Part shown: positions 29,951 to 32,000 of the stretch, in pieces | Layout of the letters: each line of letters begins with the position of its first letter | Position numbering within the stretch: the stretch's first letter is position 1 | NCBI RefSeq assembly: GCF_000441555.1 | Contig: NC_021885.1 | Location: forward strand, 30,001 to 62,000 | Direction of reading: 5' to 3' | Length of the DNA: 32,000 nucleotides | Source: Candidatus Profftella armatura | Lineage (GTDB): Bacteria > Pseudomonadota > Gammaproteobacteria > Burkholderiales > Burkholderiaceae | Notes under the pieces: model-generated | Databases searched by the model: none | What the model saw: the letters and a program-made list of their open reading frames with translations, nothing else | Told to the model about the DNA's origin: nothing | Program-made: the position numbers and the translations under genes

Positions 29951-32000
29951 ATGAATAAAATTCTTATTATTGCAGAAAAACCTTCTGTTGCATGCGATAT
30001 AGCTAAAACATTAGGTGGATTCACAAAATATGATGAATATTTTGAATCTGATCGTTATGTACTTTCATCAGCAATTGGTCATTTATTAAAAATTTCTGTT
30101 TCCAAGGAATATAATACAAAATATAACAAGTGGACTTTTAAAAATTTACCAATAATTCCATCAAATTTTATTTTAAATCCAATTATTAAAACTAAGTCTA
30201 GATTAGAATTATTACATCTTTTAATTAAACGTAAAGATATTGTTGAATTAATTAATGCTTGTGATGCCGGTAGAGAAGGAGAATTAATTTTTCGTATGAT
30301 TGTAAGCTATACACATGCAAAACAACCTATAAAACGATTATGGTTACAATCTATGACATCAAGTGCAATTCGAGACGGTTTCGCTAATCTAAAGAAAGAT
30401 AGTGATATGTTATTATTAGCAGATGCCGCCCGCAGTCGTAGTGAGGCTGACTGGTTAATAGGTATTAATGGAACACGTGCTATGACTGCTTTTAATTCAA
30501 AAAATGGTGGATTTTATTTAACAACTGTAGGTAGAGTACAAACACCTACTTTATCAATTGTAGTTACTAGAGAAGAAAAAATAAAAAAATTTATACCGAA
30601 AAATTTTTGGGAAATAAAAGCTACTTTTATTAGTTTTAATCCAGAAAATAATATGAAAATTATTTATGAAGGAAAATGGATAGACTATAAATACAAAAAA
30701 AATAATCTAGATTTAGAAAAAAAACCTGAACGATTGTGGGATAAATTAACTGCAAAATCAATTATATCCAATTGTATTAAAAAAAAAGGAATTGTTACTG
30801 GGAAAATTAAATTAATTAAATTAAAAGCGCCTCTTTTATTTAATTTAACAAGTTTACAGCGTGAAGCTAATTGTCGATTTGGTTTTTCGGCTAAAAATAC
30901 TTTGAATTTAGTACAAAAACTTTATGAAAAGTATAAAGTTATAACATATCCAAGAACTGATTCATGTTACTTACCAGAAGATTATAAATATTATATTGAA
31001 AAAGTTTTTTTATCACATAGTGAGCATAAAAATTATCAAAAATTTACAAAAAAAATTTTGAATAAAAAATGGTATTTTTTAAAGAATAAACGTATTTTTA
31101 ATAATTCTAAAGTTAGTGATCATTTTGCAATTATTCCTACTACAAAATTGTTACCTAAAAAAGCATCAGATTTAGAATATAAAATTTATGATTTAATTAT
31201 GCGTCGTTTTATAGCAATATTTTTTCCAGTTTCTGAATTTCAGGAAATAACCTGTTTTACTAAAATTAAAGAAAATTATTTTAAAAGTCAACAAAAAATA
31301 ATAATTAATTCTGGGTGGTTGATAGTTTATGATAACAAAATAAATAATAAAAATATAAAAAAAAATAATGAATTACTTAATATAATTAAACTAAAAAAAG
31401 TAAAAGTTGATTTAATGAAAGTAAATATGTTAACTACAACTCCTCCTGCTCGATATACAGAAGCTACATTATTATCAGCAATGGAAGGAGCTGGGAAATT
31501 AATTAATTTAGAAGAATTTCGTGATGCAATGACAGAAAAAGGATTAGGGACTTCTTCTACACGTGCTTCTATTATAGAAGGTTTAATTAGTGAAAAGTAT
31601 TTATTAAGAGAGTTTCAAAAAATAATACCAACAGCTAAAGCTTTTCAGTTAATGATTTTATTACGTGGGCTTGGTATTAATGAATTAACTGATCCAGCAT
31701 TAACTGGAGAATGGGAATATAAATTAAAGCAAATAGAAAAAGGAAATATTAGTCGAGAAGAATTTATGTGTGAAATTAAAAATATGGCTAGAATTATTGT
31801 TAAAAGAGCTAAGGAATACAATTGTAATACAATTCCAGGAAATTATATAACATTAAATTCAATATGCCCAAATTGTAAAGGAATTATTAGAGAAAATTAT
31901 CATAGTTTTTCGTGTATTTTTTGTATTTTTTCAATAAATAAAATTTTAGCTAATCGTCAATTTGAAATTTTTGAAATTGAAAAATTATTAACTAATCATA
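29951..32000 (+). CDS. topB: DNA topoisomerase III, N-terminal about 683 codons (3' end beyond the window)
   Basis: Not in the ORF track because no stop falls within the window. My manual translation from ATG 29951 stays open to 32000. MNKILIIAEKPSVACDIAKTLGG (TOPRIM start), NACDAGREGELIF, active-site ITYPRTDS, later CPNCKG zinc-ribbon element. Confidence 0.9.
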   Translation, partial: MNKILIIAEKPSVACDIAKTLGGFTKYDEYFESDRYVLSSAIGHLLKISVSKEYNTKYNKWTFKNLPIIPSNFILNPIIKTKSRLELLHLLIKRKDIVELINACDAGREGELIFRMIVSYTHAKQPIKRLWLQSMTSSAIRDGFANLKKDSDMLLLADAARSRSEADWLIGINGTRAMTAFNSKNGGFYLTTVGRVQTPTLSIVVTREEKIKKFIPKNFWEIKATFISFNPENNMKIIYEGKWIDYKYKKNNLDLEKKPERLWDKLTAKSIISNCIKKKGIVTGKIKLIKLKAPLLFNLTSLQREANCRFGFSAKNTLNLVQKLYEKYKVITYPRTDSCYLPEDYKYYIEKVFLSHSEHKNYQKFTKKILNKKWYFLKNKRIFNNSKVSDHFAIIPTTKLLPKKASDLEYKIYDLIMRRFIAIFFPVSEFQEITCFTKIKENYFKSQQKIIINSGWLIVYDNKINNKNIKKNNELLNIIKLKKVKVDLMKVNMLTTTPPARYTEATLLSAMEGAGKLINLEEFRDAMTEKGLGTSSTRASIIEGLISEKYLLREFQKIIPTAKAFQLMILLRGLGINELTDPALTGEWEYKLKQIEKGNISREEFMCEIKNMARIIVKRAKEYNCNTIPGNYITLNSICPNCKGIIRENYHSFSCIFCIFSINKILANRQFEIFEIEKLLTNH

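Overview
This window is core housekeeping DNA from a very AT-rich, gene-dense, reduced bacterial genome. I estimate about one quarter G+C by eye; this was not computed. The genetic code is standard: TGA is used as the rplD stop and Trp is TGG.

Positions 1-15816 (+) hold the end of the str cluster (fusA) followed by a complete S10-spc-alpha ribosomal-protein supercluster: rpsJ-rplCDWB-rpsS-rplV-rpsC-rplP-rpmC-rpsQ-rplNXE-rpsNH-rplFR-rpsE-rpmD-rplO-secY-infA-rpmJ-rpsMKD-rpoA-rplQ. rpmD and rpmJ are too short for the supplied ORF track and were found by hand translation.

Downstream lie a PfkB-family kinase (+), nrdB-nrdA (-), ffh (+), proS-obg-rpmA-rplU (-), accC-accB (-), an RNase II-family exoribonuclease (+), and the 5' two thirds of topoisomerase III (+, runs off the window).

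Three features point to a betaproteobacterial endosymbiont of Kinetoplastibacterium-like degree of reduction: infA between secY and rpmJ, a C-terminally extended S3, and Pseudomonas/Bordetella-type NrdAB. This is inference only; no database search was possible.

I find no CRISPR array, mobile element, toxin/defence cassette, rRNA/tRNA gene or orphan gene cluster. Every ORF of meaningful size is a recognisable conserved housekeeping gene, and I do not think the window contains a novel multi-gene system.

The observations worth a second look are small-scale:
- the tuf copy expected between fusA and rpsJ is missing;
- three unusually long spacers interrupt the ribosomal cluster, one with a perfect 24-bp palindrome and one with a terminator-like hairpin inside the alpha operon;
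- short perfect tandem duplications recur in 5' leaders, including a doubled Shine-Dalgarno at rpsH and a triplicated accC 5' end;
- Ffh carries DTPGQ in place of the canonical DTAGR GTPase motif;
- the NrdA ATP-cone looks degenerate.
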